From Azolla caroliniana (lineage: Eukaryota > Plantae > Polypodiophyta), in the NCBI GenBank assembly GCA_043228905.1, contig JBHGNT010000008.1:8990001-9054000 (forward strand): a DNA stretch of 64,000 nt, in the 5' to 3' direction. Position numbers and translations under genes: made by a program. Under the pieces are notes generated by a model, which searched no databases, was not told the origin of the DNA, and saw only the letters and a list, made by a program, of their open reading frames with translations. Below are positions 10,392 to 23,173 of the stretch, in pieces (position 1 is the first letter of the stretch; the number at the start of each line of letters is the position of its first letter).

Positions 10392-13300
10392 AGCCCTAGA
10401 TCTGTGCAGCCCATTAGTGGTTCCATTCCCTCTAAGCAAGTTAGTGATGTGTTCGTAGCCCAAGTAGCAGTTAGTACTAAAAGTACCCCTCCAGTACATA
10501 CCTTAGCCCTTCTAGATTCCGGAGCTAATTCTTGCTTCATGGATAGGAATTTTGCCCGAGCTCATCAGATATCTCTCAGAAAGCTCCCATGTCCAGCCTC
10601 AGTAGTAGTCATTGATGGTCGTCCCATTGCTTCTGGTAATATCATAGAAGAGTCGGAACCCATTAATATTGTCCTAGATAACTTAACATGTGTAGTATCA
10701 TTTAATATTATTAGTATTCCAGAACATCCCATAGTTTTAGGATTACCATGGTTCGAGTTACATAACCCAGACATAGATTGGAGGACAAGGGAAATCCGGT
10801 TGCGACAAACCCAAGGATCTACCCAGAAGGTTGCAACCATTTCGCTACGTCAGTTGCGTGAGGAAGGGCGCAAGGAGGAAATGTTTCTCTTCGCAATATC
10901 AGTACAACCCTCCAGCACCACCAAAGAGGAGTCCACCGTTCAACTTCCCGAGAAGTATCATCAGTATGCTGATGTGTTCGATAAAGTACAAGCCAACACA
11001 CTTCCTCATCATCGGCCGTACGATTGCGCCATCGACTTACAACCGGGAAAAGAGCCGCCATGGGGGCCGATCTACAATTTGTCACCAACCGAGCTAGAAG
11101 TCCTTCGAGCCTATATAGAGGAGAATTTGGAGAACGGTTTCATTCGGCATTCGAAATCTCCAGCCGGCGCACCCATTTTCTTCGTCAAGAAAAAAGATGG
11201 CTCGCTTCGACTCGTTGTAGATTACCGTGGCTTGAATAAGGTCACAGTAAGAAATAGGTATGCTCTTCCCCTTATCTCAAGTCTTTTAGAACGGATCAAC
11301 GGTGCCAGGTTCTTCACGAAGATCGACTTACGAGGAGCCTATAACCTCGTACGGATCCGACCAGGAGATGAATGGAAGACCGCGTTTCGCACCAGATATG
11401 GGCACTTCGAGTATACGGTCATGCCGTTCGGACTCACTAATGCGCCGGCAGTCTTCCAGCACATGGCGAATGATATATTTCGAGATCTCTTGGATGATTT
11501 TTTGATCATCTATTTGGATGATCTACTGGTTTATTCAAAGACCCAAGAAGAACATGATTCTCATGTACTATTAGTACTAAAACGACTTCGAGAACATGGT
11601 TTGTATGCAAAGTTAGAGAAATGTAGTTTCGGGTGCAACCAAGTGGAGTTTCTCGGCTATGTCATCTCCTCAGAAGGCATATCTATGGACCCAGCCAAGG
11701 TCAAAACGGTGATAGAATGGCACACTCCGCGTTCGGTGCGGGATGTGCAATGCTTCCTAGGCTTTGCAAATTTTTACCGGAAGTTCATACAAAATTACTC
11801 AAAAATTGTGCTGCCTCTCACACAGCTCACCAGGAAGGGACAATCATTCATTTGGTCTAAAGAGACGGACATGGCTTTCGAGAGTCTTAAGAAGGCGTTT
11901 ACATCAGCTCCAATTTTAGGTCATGTGGATCCGGAAAAACCATTCATTATCGAAGCTGACGCATCGGATTTCGCATTGGGGAGCATTCTGTCACAACAAG
12001 GTAATGACGAGAAGCTACATCCTGTGGCTTTCCACTCCCGTAAGTTTGACGCCGCCGAAATCAACTACGAAATTCATGATAAAGAGCTATTAGCAATAGT
12101 TGATTCTTTTATGCAATGGAGGCATTTCCTGGAGGGATCTCCTCATCAGGTCACTGTATTCAGTGACCACAAGAACCTTGCCTACTTTCAAGATGCTCAT
12201 GTACTGAATCGACGTCAAGCTCGGTGGGCCCACTTCCTCACACGCTTCGACTTCAAAATTACATATCGTCCGGGGAAGCACCAAGGGAAGGCAGATGCAT
12301 TATCACGGCGTTCGTATCTAACACCACGTCCCGGTGAGCCAGCTTTCGATAACCAGAAGCAAGTAATCTTGGGTCCAGCACGACTGCAAGCAGCACAGGT
12401 CTTTGACATGCCCGTGGATTCCGACATTACCAATACTATACGTGAGGACTTGAAGACTGACGCTTTCGCCCAAGCTATACTAGCACAAATTGACCCCTCT
12501 CGAGCGTCATGTTCACAATCACAATCACCAGGTACGGATTATCGGCAATTCAAATACTGTGATGGATTACTCTTCTTTAAAGAACTTTTGTATGTTCCTA
12601 ATGGTTCTTGCCGCCTTCGAGTAGTACAAAACTGCCATGACACATATACAGCAGGACATTTTGGTAGTACTAAAACATTAGATTTAGTACAACGATCATT
12701 CTGGTGGCCCCGTATGCGACAATTTGTCGAAGATTTTGTTCGGACTTGCGATACATGCTGCAGAGCGAAAATGCCAAGACATCATCCATATGGTTTATTA
12801 GAACCATTACCAATTCCAAGCAAGCCATGGCAATCCATTGCTCTTGACTTCATTACAGATCTTCCAATCTCTAAGGGATTCAGTGCGATTCTCACAGTGG
12901 TGGATCGATATACGAAGATGGCTCATTTCTTACCATGTACTAAAGAAATATCTAGTGAAGACACCGCCGAAATTGTCATGCGGGAAGTATGTCGGCATCA
13001 TGGACTCCCTGATAATATCATCAGCGATCGTGGACCCCAGTTTGTGTCAAAATTCTGGAAGCACCTTTTTAAAATGCTGAAGGTCACTTGTAACCTCTCC
13101 TCCGGCTACCACCCACAAACCGACGGTCAAGCCGAACGAACAAATCAAACACTGGAGCAGTATCTGCGGTGCTTTCTCAACTATCATCAGAATGACTCGG
13201 CAGATATTCTTCAGTTCGCCGAATTTGCCTATAATAACGCTATCCACGCATCGACTAAAGTCACGCCATTCTACGCTTATACAGGATATCATCCCCGGTG

Positions 13301-13943
13301 GTGTGTCCTTGAAACCCCAGAAGTGTCCACAAATCCTTGCGCGGAGGATCGTTTGGAGCGGTTACGCAAGATACAAGCGGATTTATCTACTCAACTCCAG
13401 CAAGCTCAACAATCACACAAGGACTACGCAGATCGTCATCGACTTCCATCCAGTTTTAACATTGGAGATCGGGTGTGGCTGCTACGACGACACATCAAGA
13501 CTACTCGCCCATGTGAGAAGTTGGATTATCGGCGATTAGGTCCTTTCCGTATTATCGGGAAGATTAATGATGTCGCTTTTCGTCTCGAGCTACCTCCGCA
13601 ACTTCGGATACATCCGGTGTTTCATAGTTCTCTCCTCGAACCTTATCACGAGAGCACTATCCCAGGACGTACTATACAACCACCACCTCCTATCGAGCTC
13701 GAAGATGGACCTGAGTATGAGGTCGCTGCCATCCTCGATTCCAAGATTGTTCGCAACAAGCTCTACTATCTAGTCGATTGGCTAGGATATAGTCCCAGCG
13801 ACCGTACTTGGGAACCGATCGAGAATGTGACCAATGCTCGTGCTCTTCTAGAAGACTTCCATCGACGATATCCCGAGAAACCGGGTCCTCAATCCAAAAC
13901 GACTCGTGGAACTCGTCGTTTTAAAGGGGGGATAGTGTCATAA
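10353..13943 (+). CDS. pol: Pol: aspartic protease, RT, RNase H, integrase, C-terminal chromodomain
   Basis: Open from 10353; LLDSGA, YLDD, DASD...E...DH, HHCC zinc finger, DDE core, GPF module, chromodomain EYEVAAILDSK...YLVDWLGY...TWEP; stop lies inside the 3' LTR. Confidence 0.97.
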   Translation, partial: RLSPAKIGAVWLDSPRSVQPISGSIPSKQVSDVFVAQVAVSTKSTPPVHTLALLDSGANSCFMDRNFARAHQISLRKLPCPASVVVIDGRPIASGNIIEESEPINIVLDNLTCVVSFNIISIPEHPIVLGLPWFELHNPDIDWRTREIRLRQTQGSTQKVATISLRQLREEGRKEEMFLFAISVQPSSTTKEESTVQLPEKYHQYADVFDKVQANTLPHHRPYDCAIDLQPGKEPPWGPIYNLSPTELEVLRAYIEENLENGFIRHSKSPAGAPIFFVKKKDGSLRLVVDYRGLNKVTVRNRYALPLISSLLERINGARFFTKIDLRGAYNLVRIRPGDEWKTAFRTRYGHFEYTVMPFGLTNAPAVFQHMANDIFRDLLDDFLIIYLDDLLVYSKTQEEHDSHVLLVLKRLREHGLYAKLEKCSFGCNQVEFLGYVISSEGISMDPAKVKTVIEWHTPRSVRDVQCFLGFANFYRKFIQNYSKIVLPLTQLTRKGQSFIWSKETDMAFESLKKAFTSAPILGHVDPEKPFIIEADASDFALGSILSQQGNDEKLHPVAFHSRKFDAAEINYEIHDKELLAIVDSFMQWRHFLEGSPHQVTVFSDHKNLAYFQDAHVLNRRQARWAHFLTRFDFKITYRPGKHQGKADALSRRSYLTPRPGEPAFDNQKQVILGPARLQAAQVFDMPVDSDITNTIREDLKTDAFAQAILAQIDPSRASCSQSQSPGTDYRQFKYCDGLLFFKELLYVPNGSCRLRVVQNCHDTYTAGHFGSTKTLDLVQRSFWWPRMRQFVEDFVRTCDTCCRAKMPRHHPYGLLEPLPIPSKPWQSIALDFITDLPISKGFSAILTVVDRYTKMAHFLPCTKEISSEDTAEIVMREVCRHHGLPDNIISDRGPQFVSKFWKHLFKMLKVTCNLSSGYHPQTDGQAERTNQTLEQYLRCFLNYHQNDSADILQFAEFAYNNAIHASTKVTPFYAYTGYHPRWCVLETPEVSTNPCAEDRLERLRKIQADLSTQLQQAQQSHKDYADRHRLPSSFNIGDRVWLLRRHIKTTRPCEKLDYRRLGPFRIIGKINDVAFRLELPPQLRIHPVFHSSLLEPYHESTIPGRTIQPPPPIELEDGPEYEVAAILDSKIVRNKLYYLVDWLGYSPSDRTWEPIENVTNARALLEDFHRRYPEKPGPQSKTTRGTRRFKGGIVS

Positions 13944-14225
13944 CTAGACTCGAACCCATAACCTTTTGTTACACGGGTCGAGACTTTACCATTAGGTTAT
14001 GAATTGTAATTTGAAGGATATTATTTTCATTTAGGTTTTATTGGGAAATTGATGTATATTCCAGATTTCTCTGGAACATTCTAGAAACTTCAGGAGTATT
14101 CCTGAAGACACTATAAAAGGAGGCGCAAGGCATTAGTTCGAACCAAATCGGTTCAACGCCAGTCTTAAGCCTTCTAACCACTGTTGTATATCTTCCTTCA
14201 TATAATACATATATCTTTCGCATCA

Positions 14226-14267
<42 letters not shown>

Positions 14268-14400
14268 ACTCATTCCTTCTCTCAAAGTTCGAAACCTCTC
14301 ATAGTACTAATCCTTCTCTGTCTTAGTACTATTCCCCGACAATAGTACTAATCCTTCTTTTAGTACTAATTCCTTCTCTGCCTTAATAGAGTTCCTGACA
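13936..14400 (+). repeat. 3' LTR of the young chromovirus
   Basis: Direct repeat of 8622-9088, preceded by the PPT. Confidence 0.97.
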
Positions 14401-16377
14401 GGAGAGGCCCGGATCCGAAAGGAACGTTGTCACACACGATATGAAAACTATGTAAGAAAATAATGAAATAATTATTTTAGATTAGATTAGTAGCTTGTTA
14501 TAGAAAGATGTATGTACTCAAGAGCTTTAAAACGCATTTCACTCACTACATACAAAATGGAAGTTATGAGAACATGAAGTTTGAGAAGATAGGGAAAATA
14601 GAACTATGATTTATCCCACATAGATAGGAAACTTAAGGCCCTGGCTATATAAACACATTGAGATCCCTCATTTTTCATTTGTGCTAAGAGCACTTTGGCC
14701 AGTTTGTCTAGATGGATGAATGTGGCCAAGTTACCAAAAAACCAAACTGGAACCGGCTGGAAAGCTAACCGGATTTGGTCGGAAATCAAACTAGAACTGG
14801 TCGGAAAACAAATAAGAACCAGCCCGAAAACAAACTGGAACCGTCCGGAAAGCAAACCGGAACCGGCCAGTAAGCAAACCAGAATTGGTCGGCAAATCGG
14901 AAATTGGCGACCGGACGGAACTGGTGATCGGGCGGAACAAAAGAGATCGCGAAAATACGACGAGGATACGTGAACTTGAAGCAGGACCCTGGGCCTCCGA
15001 CCAGAGGATATTAGATTCGTATGTTTATATTAAACAATTAATGGAAATAAGAAAGATTGACAAATTTCATTAACAAAGGAAAAGAAAGATTACAATCAAT
15101 CGCAAGATTGGGATTACAAAAGTTTAGCTTATGGAGATTACTAGAATAATAGATTAGAAGAAACTAAATATGGATTCAATAGAAATTTAGGGTTTTTGGT
15201 TTTGATAAGAGATTTTAGATTTTGAGAGATATGGCTTCCATAGGGAAAATTAGGGTCGGTTCCGTAAGATAAGGGAACCGAGAAGGAAAAGAAAAGAAAA
15301 TTCCATTTTTTTTCCTACACTCATCCTCTCTCAATTTTTATTTTCTTTTCCTTTATAAAATAAAATATATCTTGATATTGTTTTATAAAGGTAATATTAA
15401 AAACACACTATGATAATATTATACATTATATGTAGAGGCAAATAAAACATATATATTATATTACATGGACAAGAGAGAACTTGAACCAATAACCCCCATT
15501 GTATGACTTTGAAACCTTACCATTTACCCTATAATTGTAGTATGTATAAAGTTGTATGTCTTGTTTTATTTGAAGTAATATTGTATGGTTGAAATCCTAA
15601 AACATATAATGTACTACATGTGCACCATATATTTTATTACATGGGCGAGAGAAGACTTGAACCAACAACCTCCACATTATGAACCTTATTATATGTGTAA
15701 AACAAAATGTGTTGTTTTATTTGAAGTAGCATTGCATAGTCTAAACCATGTAATGTACTACATGTGCACCATATAGCACACATGCAAGAGCCCTCTTTGC
15801 ATGTGTGACATATGGCCCACATGCAAAACCATCCCCTTCCTATAAAAGGAGAAGGGAGTGTAGTCACAAGGATATCAAGGAATCAATAAATCATATTGAA
15901 TAGAATTATTGTATAGAATTGAGCAAAATTATATTGTAAGAGATATCAAAATAGAGAAAGAGGGAGAGAAGGTAAAAGCTATATACAATTTTCTAACAAC
16001 AAGAGAAGAACTAGCTTGGCGGCGGCGGTGCTCAACTCGCAACGAAAAGACGGAGTTTCAAGTCTTATCCTCATAGGAAGATAGAAGGGAAGATTGTGGT
16101 CTATTATCAAGAAAGAGAAGAGCGACTACCTTACCTTGTTTTCGTTCAACGACGCTCGCAACCATTTTGTAACTCTTTCATGAAATAATTATAAATTTCT
16201 TACATTTCCTCAATTATCATTTTACATCCGATCTTGTCATATCTTGTTGATCACTATTTATCTATTTCCACTCTTTCGTCTCTTTCGTCCAAAATCCAAG
16301 CGATTGCTTCTCACTTTCACGTTGTCTTCTGTCTACGCAATGCTACGCTTCTAGGCGAGGGACGCCACGACACAATT

Positions 16378-16395
16378 TGGTGAACCCGACGTGAA
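16378..16395 (+). promoter_or_regulatory. tRNA-Trp primer binding site of gypsy C
   Basis: TGGTGAACCCGACGTGAA is complementary to the 3' end of plant cytosolic tRNA-Trp (...TTCACGTCGGGTTCA-CCA), recalled from memory. Confidence 0.8.
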
Positions 16396-16439
16396 ACGGG
16401 GAAGTAGAAGAGACATCTAAAGTAAAGATCAACATCAAC

Positions 16440-19400
16440 ATGGCAAGTACGAGTACATTGGATCAGGTAATGTTGTTTATTGAAAAGTTGAATCAAAATC
16501 GATTATTTCATGCCTTATGAGAAGTCCGAGAGAAGATTGGTATGTTTGATGGCACAAATATTTCGAAGTATGTGCATATATATTATGCTGAAATGGAAAT
16601 GTCTGGTATGAATGATGTCAATATGATAGCAAAATTTTATAAATTAGTGGACATGGAATTAAGAGATAGAATTCATGAAATACAAACATTGCATAGTTTG
16701 GATTGGAATGCATTCAAAGAAGCACTTGTGTTTGAATATGCTCATGAGGATTTCTCTTGCATTACTATGCGTTCATTCCATGAATGGGTCCTAAAAGAAA
16801 TAAAGGATTATCTGTGGCTGACACAAAAAAAGAGTTTGATAGATTGTATGGACACTTAAAGCCAGAAGAAAGAAATTCTTTGTCTTGGCAAAAGGTTGCG
16901 TTTTTTTTGCAAGCAGTTTACAAGAGATATAGAAAAGAATTGGAATTTATGCTTGAAGTACCAAATACCGAGGATGGTATAACTGTAGATTGGAATGAGG
17001 TAACAAATGCTTGTAATAAATTTATGAAAAGAATGCAAAGGAATGGTGCAATGCTACAAATACCACATGTCGGAATCACAAATCGGCTTGAGCAAAACAT
17101 CGAAGTTCAAACACTTGGTCAAGAACCATCACACGAAATGTTCCATCAACCACGAGAAATGATTGAAACTAAGAGTGAGTCTTTGCTTGATGATTTAGTT
17201 CAAAGTATGAAAGATCTAACAGCTAAAGTGGCAAAGCTTGAGAATGGATAGACTTTGAGATCAAGGGAGGAACCATTTCGACCTCGATGCATGTGGTGTG
17301 ATAGTCTCGAACATCGATTAGGTGATTGTGCGGAATATAAAGACATGGAAAATCGAGACTTGGTCTATTGGAAAAATGGTAACATTTACTTAATTGAAAC
17401 TGGAAGTCCACTTACAAAGAACTTTGGTCATGGTGGTGTTAAGGTTAAGTTTGAAGAAGCTGAAGCAAAGAAGGCTTCTGTAGTGTACTACTCGGCAACG
17501 ACAGGAATGTGTCTTGATGACATGCCATACCGATCATCATTCTGGGAGAAGGTTGTAAGTTCAGCACAGAAGCAAAAGTTGAAGATGGAAAACCTTCATG
17601 TTGTCGGAGATTCTTTAAGGAAAAACATTGGATGGGATGTTCCAGTAGATGTTATGATAGTCTATGCTCAGATGGCAGAACACCAAGAGCATGAGGTGAT
17701 AGTGGAAGAAAAAAGGAAAAGGTCGGATGATGAGATTGGCTCAACAAAAAAGCATGAAACAAGAGAAAGCAAAATAAAAGAGATGGACGCAAAAATTGAA
17801 AAAGGTAAATCTAGTTCTTCATTCAAATTAATGTCTGATATTGAAAAGGATACATATTTAAAGAAAATTTTAGAAACAAGAATACAAATTTACACTAAGA
17901 GAAGTGTTAGGTATTGCAAAAAAGGAATTTCATGATGAAATAATTGATATTGTGTGAAGAAAGAAGCAAGTAAATGAGCAGGTTAAAGAAACAAATCCGA
18001 AGGTGGCATATGAAGTGGTAAGCAACGAGTCGAACAATATCATTGTTGACTCTCAACATGCATCAACCTCAATGATAAGTTCAACAGAGACAAGAAGTGA
18101 CTACTCTTGCAAATGTTGGGCAAGAACCACTACTGAGCATCATGTGAATATTGGAAATGTTCCAGACCCGGTGATGGCACTTATTGATCGTGGTTCTGAA
18201 ATAAATATAATGAGTGCTGATTTTTACAGGAAAGGTAGATGGCCAATTGATACTCAACATGGTTGGTGCGTAAAAGAAGCCACATCAGTCACCGAAGATT
18301 TATTTGGTGTATGCCCAAATGTAAAGGTTATTATTGGTGATATAGAGGTAGATCAACATTTCTTTGTGCAGGAAGGATCTACCTATCCGATAATCTTGGG
18401 GCAACCATACATCACAACGGTACGGGTGGAGACCGAAGTTCTTGACAATGCTTTTGCCTATGCGAAGATTCAAAGCCATGATGGACGAAGAACTGTACAG
18501 TTTATGATAGTTCGCCCAAATCACGAGAGGAACAAGCAAGAGCTTCGTGATCATTCGATACCAAAAGAATGTGATGATTTTGATAATCAGGTTTTTGACT
18601 AGGACTGTTGCAAATGAGGGTTGCAATAGTCCCATTATTAAAAGACCCTCACGTAGGGCATTACAACATATGAATAAGTCATTTCATGTTTCTGAAAGTG
18701 GTGCTATATGTGTGACTAGGATGTATGAATGCAAGAGGAACTTGAAAAAGAATGCTAATTTGTTTCAACAGGCATTGAAGGATAATGGAGTACTTGAAAT
18801 GGAAGAGCACATTGAAAGTGTTATGGAAGAAATTTCTTAAATGCACATACTATAGAAGAGTTAGAAATGTATCTAAAAGAAGATGATGAGAGTGTTAGAA
18901 AGATACATGTAAACTCAATTGATATGTATTATGAGATTGATAGGTATAATTGTAAATATGAAGAAGTAGAAAGTTTATGTAATACAAAATACAAAACAAT
19001 AGACAAAAAGGTCAAACCTGCTGCAATACCTTACCCATTGGTAGCGAAGAGAAGATGGAGGCAGCAACAATCGAACCTATGCTTCAACCAATAAAGAAGA
19101 TCAGACATCACTTCACTTCGGAGACAATAAATAACTTGAGAATTGGAGGGGGTGAATTTCTTCTTCAATCAGAGATCGCCACTTTCAAAGAAATGATCTT
19201 TAGGCATGGGAAAGCTTTCACATTCAAAGCTGAGAAGATTGGTTGTGTAGTCTATCGAAAGGTGGTGACACCAATGGTAATATTTACTATCCCTAATATT
19301 CCTTGGAATTTTAAACCTATTGCAGTACTGAGAGCTCGATTGCGTCAGTTGTTGGAGCTACTGAAGGATAAGGTCAAGATGAAGATTTTAGAGCCTTCCA

Positions 19401-22065
19401 ACGCACCATATTCCAACTGATGATTCACCGTTCCAAAGAAAAATGGTTCTCTAAGATTCATTCAAGATCTACAACCAGTCAACAAAGTCACAATCCGAAA
19501 TGCAAGAATCTAACCGATCATTGATGAATTTAAAGAAGATTTTGCTAGGAGAGCGATTTACTCTATAGGAGACCTATATTCGAGATACAACCAATTTCAG
19601 CTAGCAATTGATAGTCGCAATATCACAACAATGAAAACACCAATTGGGTTAGTTCGCATGTGCACTCTACCTCAAGGTGCGACAAATTCAGTTCCTCATA
19701 TGATGAATGCAATGAACAAAGTTCTACATGAGTACATCCTAAAGGTAACTATGCGATTTTTAGATGATATTCCTATTAAGGGATGCTTAGAAAGAGAGAA
19801 AGATGAGAATATGGTTGGAAATGGTTGCAGAAAGTTTGTGATGGATCACATTAATGATTGTGAAAGTATTTTAAATAAGCTTGAGCAGGTACATTTGACA
19901 CTATCAGGAACAAAATCAAGCTTTGGGCAGAACGAAGTTCTGATAGTTGGTCATATGTGTGGCTAGTATGGGAGGAAGCCGTCACCGATCAAAATTAACG
20001 CAATACAAAATATGAAGGAGGTTTGCGAATCAGTAACAGAGGTGAGAAGATTTTTAGGTGCATGTGTGTTTTATCATATTTGGTTACCACACTTTGCACA
20101 TGTATGAGATCCTCTCTACCAACTTTTAAGAAAAGGGAAGAAGTTTATTTGGACTGATGAACATACACAAGTTGTTCAACAATTGAAAGAAGCATTATTG
20201 AAAGCACTAGTTCTTCGTCAACCAGACTACAAAGGTGAAAGACCAATTATAGTGACAATTGATACTAGCCCAATTGGGATCGGTTGGGTTATCAACCAAG
20301 AAGATGAAGACCAACATCGATATGCTATTAGATTTGGGGCAAAGATATTAAATGAAAGACAAAGAAACTATGCACAAGTTAGACAAGAATTGTGGGGTTT
20401 GCTTACTACATTAAAATCAGATAGACATTACTTGATCGGAGCAGATGTAGTAGTTGAAACAGATTGTCTACCACTCATCGGAATGATAGCAAATTGCACC
20501 ACACCAGATATTGCAATGCTTCGGTGGATTGCATACATCAGAACCATGAACCCAGAATTACGGCATATAAAGGGCAAAGAGAACCCAGAGTCGCAGATAT
20601 GTTGTCAAGAGCAAGGTTCATAAATGAAAGGGTGATGGAAGCTGAAGATAAGAATTGGGCAACTACAAGCCATCAAGTTGCTCATCAAGTATCTATTAAG
20701 CCTCATGATGAGTTTAATGTAAGCATAATGTTCAAAGACACGGAACGGAGTATGAAGGTCAATGGTTAGAAATAGGAAATTTTCTAAAGACTCAAGAAGC
20801 CAACCCATCATGGTCGAAGAAACAATTAAATGAATTTCGAAGATGGGCATTCAAGTTTTTTTTTACATGAAGGGCATTTATGGAGGCGTTCAAAAAGGCC
20901 AACTGAAAATCCTCTTCGAGTCATTTGTAAGGATGACATTAAGAGAAAATTAATTAATGAATTCCATGATAGTTTGTGGGTAGGACATAGAGGCATATGG
21001 GCAACATTTATGAAGTTGAAAGAAAAGTATTGGTGGCCACATATGTATAAAGATGTAATGAAATTTGTGGAAACTTGTGAGGTCTACCAAAGATATTCAA
21101 CTATTCGGTATTGAGATGAGCTAAAACTAACATATTCGTCATCAATGCATTATAAATGGATGGTCGATCTAGTGACAATGCCACTTGGGGAAGGTCAAAT
21201 GCGATATTTAGTACTAGCAAGAGAAGATCTTACAAACCAAGTAGAAGGAAGACCACTACGACAAAAAACAACTAGAGTTGCATGTAAATTTTTGTTAGAA
21301 GATGAAATATGTCGTTACGGGTGTGTTGGTAAAATAATTGCAGATAGAGAAGAACTTGACTCTCATGAAGCTAGAGAATTCTTCAGCCGGATAGGGGTCA
21401 ATATATCGCTTACAACTGCGTATAATCCAGAAGCCAATGGAAAGATTGAAAGAGGACATAGCCCAATAGTTAAGGCGATCATGAAAAGTTGTAAAGGTAA
21501 AATAAGAGATTGGCCACACATGCTGCCTTATGCACTATGGGCGGATCAGACAATGCATAGTTCGGTAACAGGATACATGCTAGCTGAATTAATACTTGGC
21601 CAAAAGCCCATCATGACGGTAGAAGAATCAATCATGTCATGGATATCTATTCCATGGAGAGAAAAGGTGAGCAGAGAAGAATTGTCTGCTTTGCGAATTC
21701 AACAATTAGAGCGTCCACCTGAAGATATAGAATTAGCAGCCCAATGATTGAAGGAGGCTCGACTAAAGAATAAAATTCGTTTTGATAAAACTCATAGAAT
21801 TCGGCCTAAGAAAATAGAAGAGGGGGATTGGGTGCTCGTGTATGATAGCAGTTTAGATAATCAACATAGCACCGTTCGCAAGTTCGCTAAAAGATGGTTT
21901 GGGCCTTACATAGTGAAAAAAGTATATGATAACTTTACCTACAAGCTTAGTGAATTGGATGGGACACTAATCCTAAACGTGGTAGCGGGAAAGACGATAA
22001 AAGTATTTAAGAAAAGTTTTGAGCTTGAACCTCCTCCAATAGATCAACATGAAGATGAAAGATAG
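16440..22065 (+). pseudogene. gag-pol of gypsy C, fragmented
   Basis: Chain of ORF fragments 16542-22065 in gag-PR-RT-RH-INT order. Confidence 0.88.
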
Positions 22066-23173
22066 TGGCACATGTCGGAGGATGTGCAGGTCTAAAGGGG
22101 GTGGATGTCGTGAAGTACGAAAGCTTCACATTAAAAGTATACAAAAAGATAAATACGTAACTAAAATAAAATATATCTTGATATTGTTTTATAAAGGTAA
22201 TATTAAAAACACACTATGATAATATTATACATTATATGTAGAGGCAAATAAAACATACATATTATATTACATGGACAACAGTTGGACTTGAACCAATAAC
22301 CCCCACCTTATGACTTTGAAACCTTACCATTTACGATATAATTGTAGTATGTGTAAAATTATATGTCTTGTTTTATTTGAAGTAATATTGTATGGTTGAA
22401 AACATATAATATACTACATGTGCACCATATATTTTATTACATGGGCGAGGGAAGACTTGAACCAACAACCTCCACATTATGAACCTCATTATATGTGTAA
22501 AACAAAATGTGTTATTTTATTTGAAGTAGCATTGCATAGTCTAAACCATGTAATGTACTACATGTGCACCATATAGCACACATGCAAGAGCCCTCTTTGC
22601 ATGTGTGACATATGGCCCACATGCAAAACCATCCCCTTCCTATAAAAGGAGAAGGGAGTGTAGTCACAAGGATATCAAGGAATCAATAAATCATATTGAA
22701 TAGAATTATTGTATGGAATTGAGCAAAATTATATTGTAAGAGATATCATAATAGAGAAAGAGGAAGAGAAGGTAAAAGCTATATACAATCTTCAAAAGAC
22801 AAGAAAAGAACTAGCTTGGCAATGGTGGTGCTCAACTTGCAACGAAAAGACGGAGGTTGGAGTCTTATCCTCATCGAAAGATAGAAGGGAAGATTGTGGT
22901 CTATTATCAAGAAAGAGAAGAGCGACTACCTTACCTTGTTTTCGTTCAACGACGCTCGCAACCATTTTGTAACTCTTTCATGAAATAATTATAAATTTCT
23001 TACATTTCCTCAATTATCATTTTACATCCGATCTTGTCATATCTTGTTGATCACTATTTATCTATTTCCAATCTTTCGTCTCTTCCATCGAAAATGCCAG
23101 CGATTGCTTCCTCACTTTCACGTTGTCTTTTGTCTACGCAACACTACACTTCTAGGCGAGTGATGTCACAACA

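Larger units (their letters stand above)
8622..14400 (+). mobile_element. Full-length young Ty3/gypsy chromovirus (Tcn1-like)
   Basis: LTRs 8622-9088 and 13936-14400 appear identical except one CT repeat unit; perfect TSD GGAGA (8617-8621/14401-14405); uninterrupted gag and pol; PPT AAAGGGGGGATAG 13923-13935. Confidence 0.98.
14428..23173 (+). mobile_element. Non-chromovirus Ty3/gypsy element C (possibly Phygy/Selgy-like), degenerate
   Basis: LTR homology 15356-16372 vs 22162-23173; 3' LTR starts TGTCGTG at 22106 after PPT 22094-22105; gag knuckle CMWCDSLEHRLGDC, protease LIDRGSE, RT FLDDIP, RNase H, integrase, no chromodomain; many stops. Left boundary uncertain. Confidence 0.85.

Noticed and set aside
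9190-13943. Domesticated PEG10/RTL1-like host gene
   Set aside because: The Gag resembles that family, but flanking LTRs, TSD, PPT and a complete pol show it is a retrotransposon.
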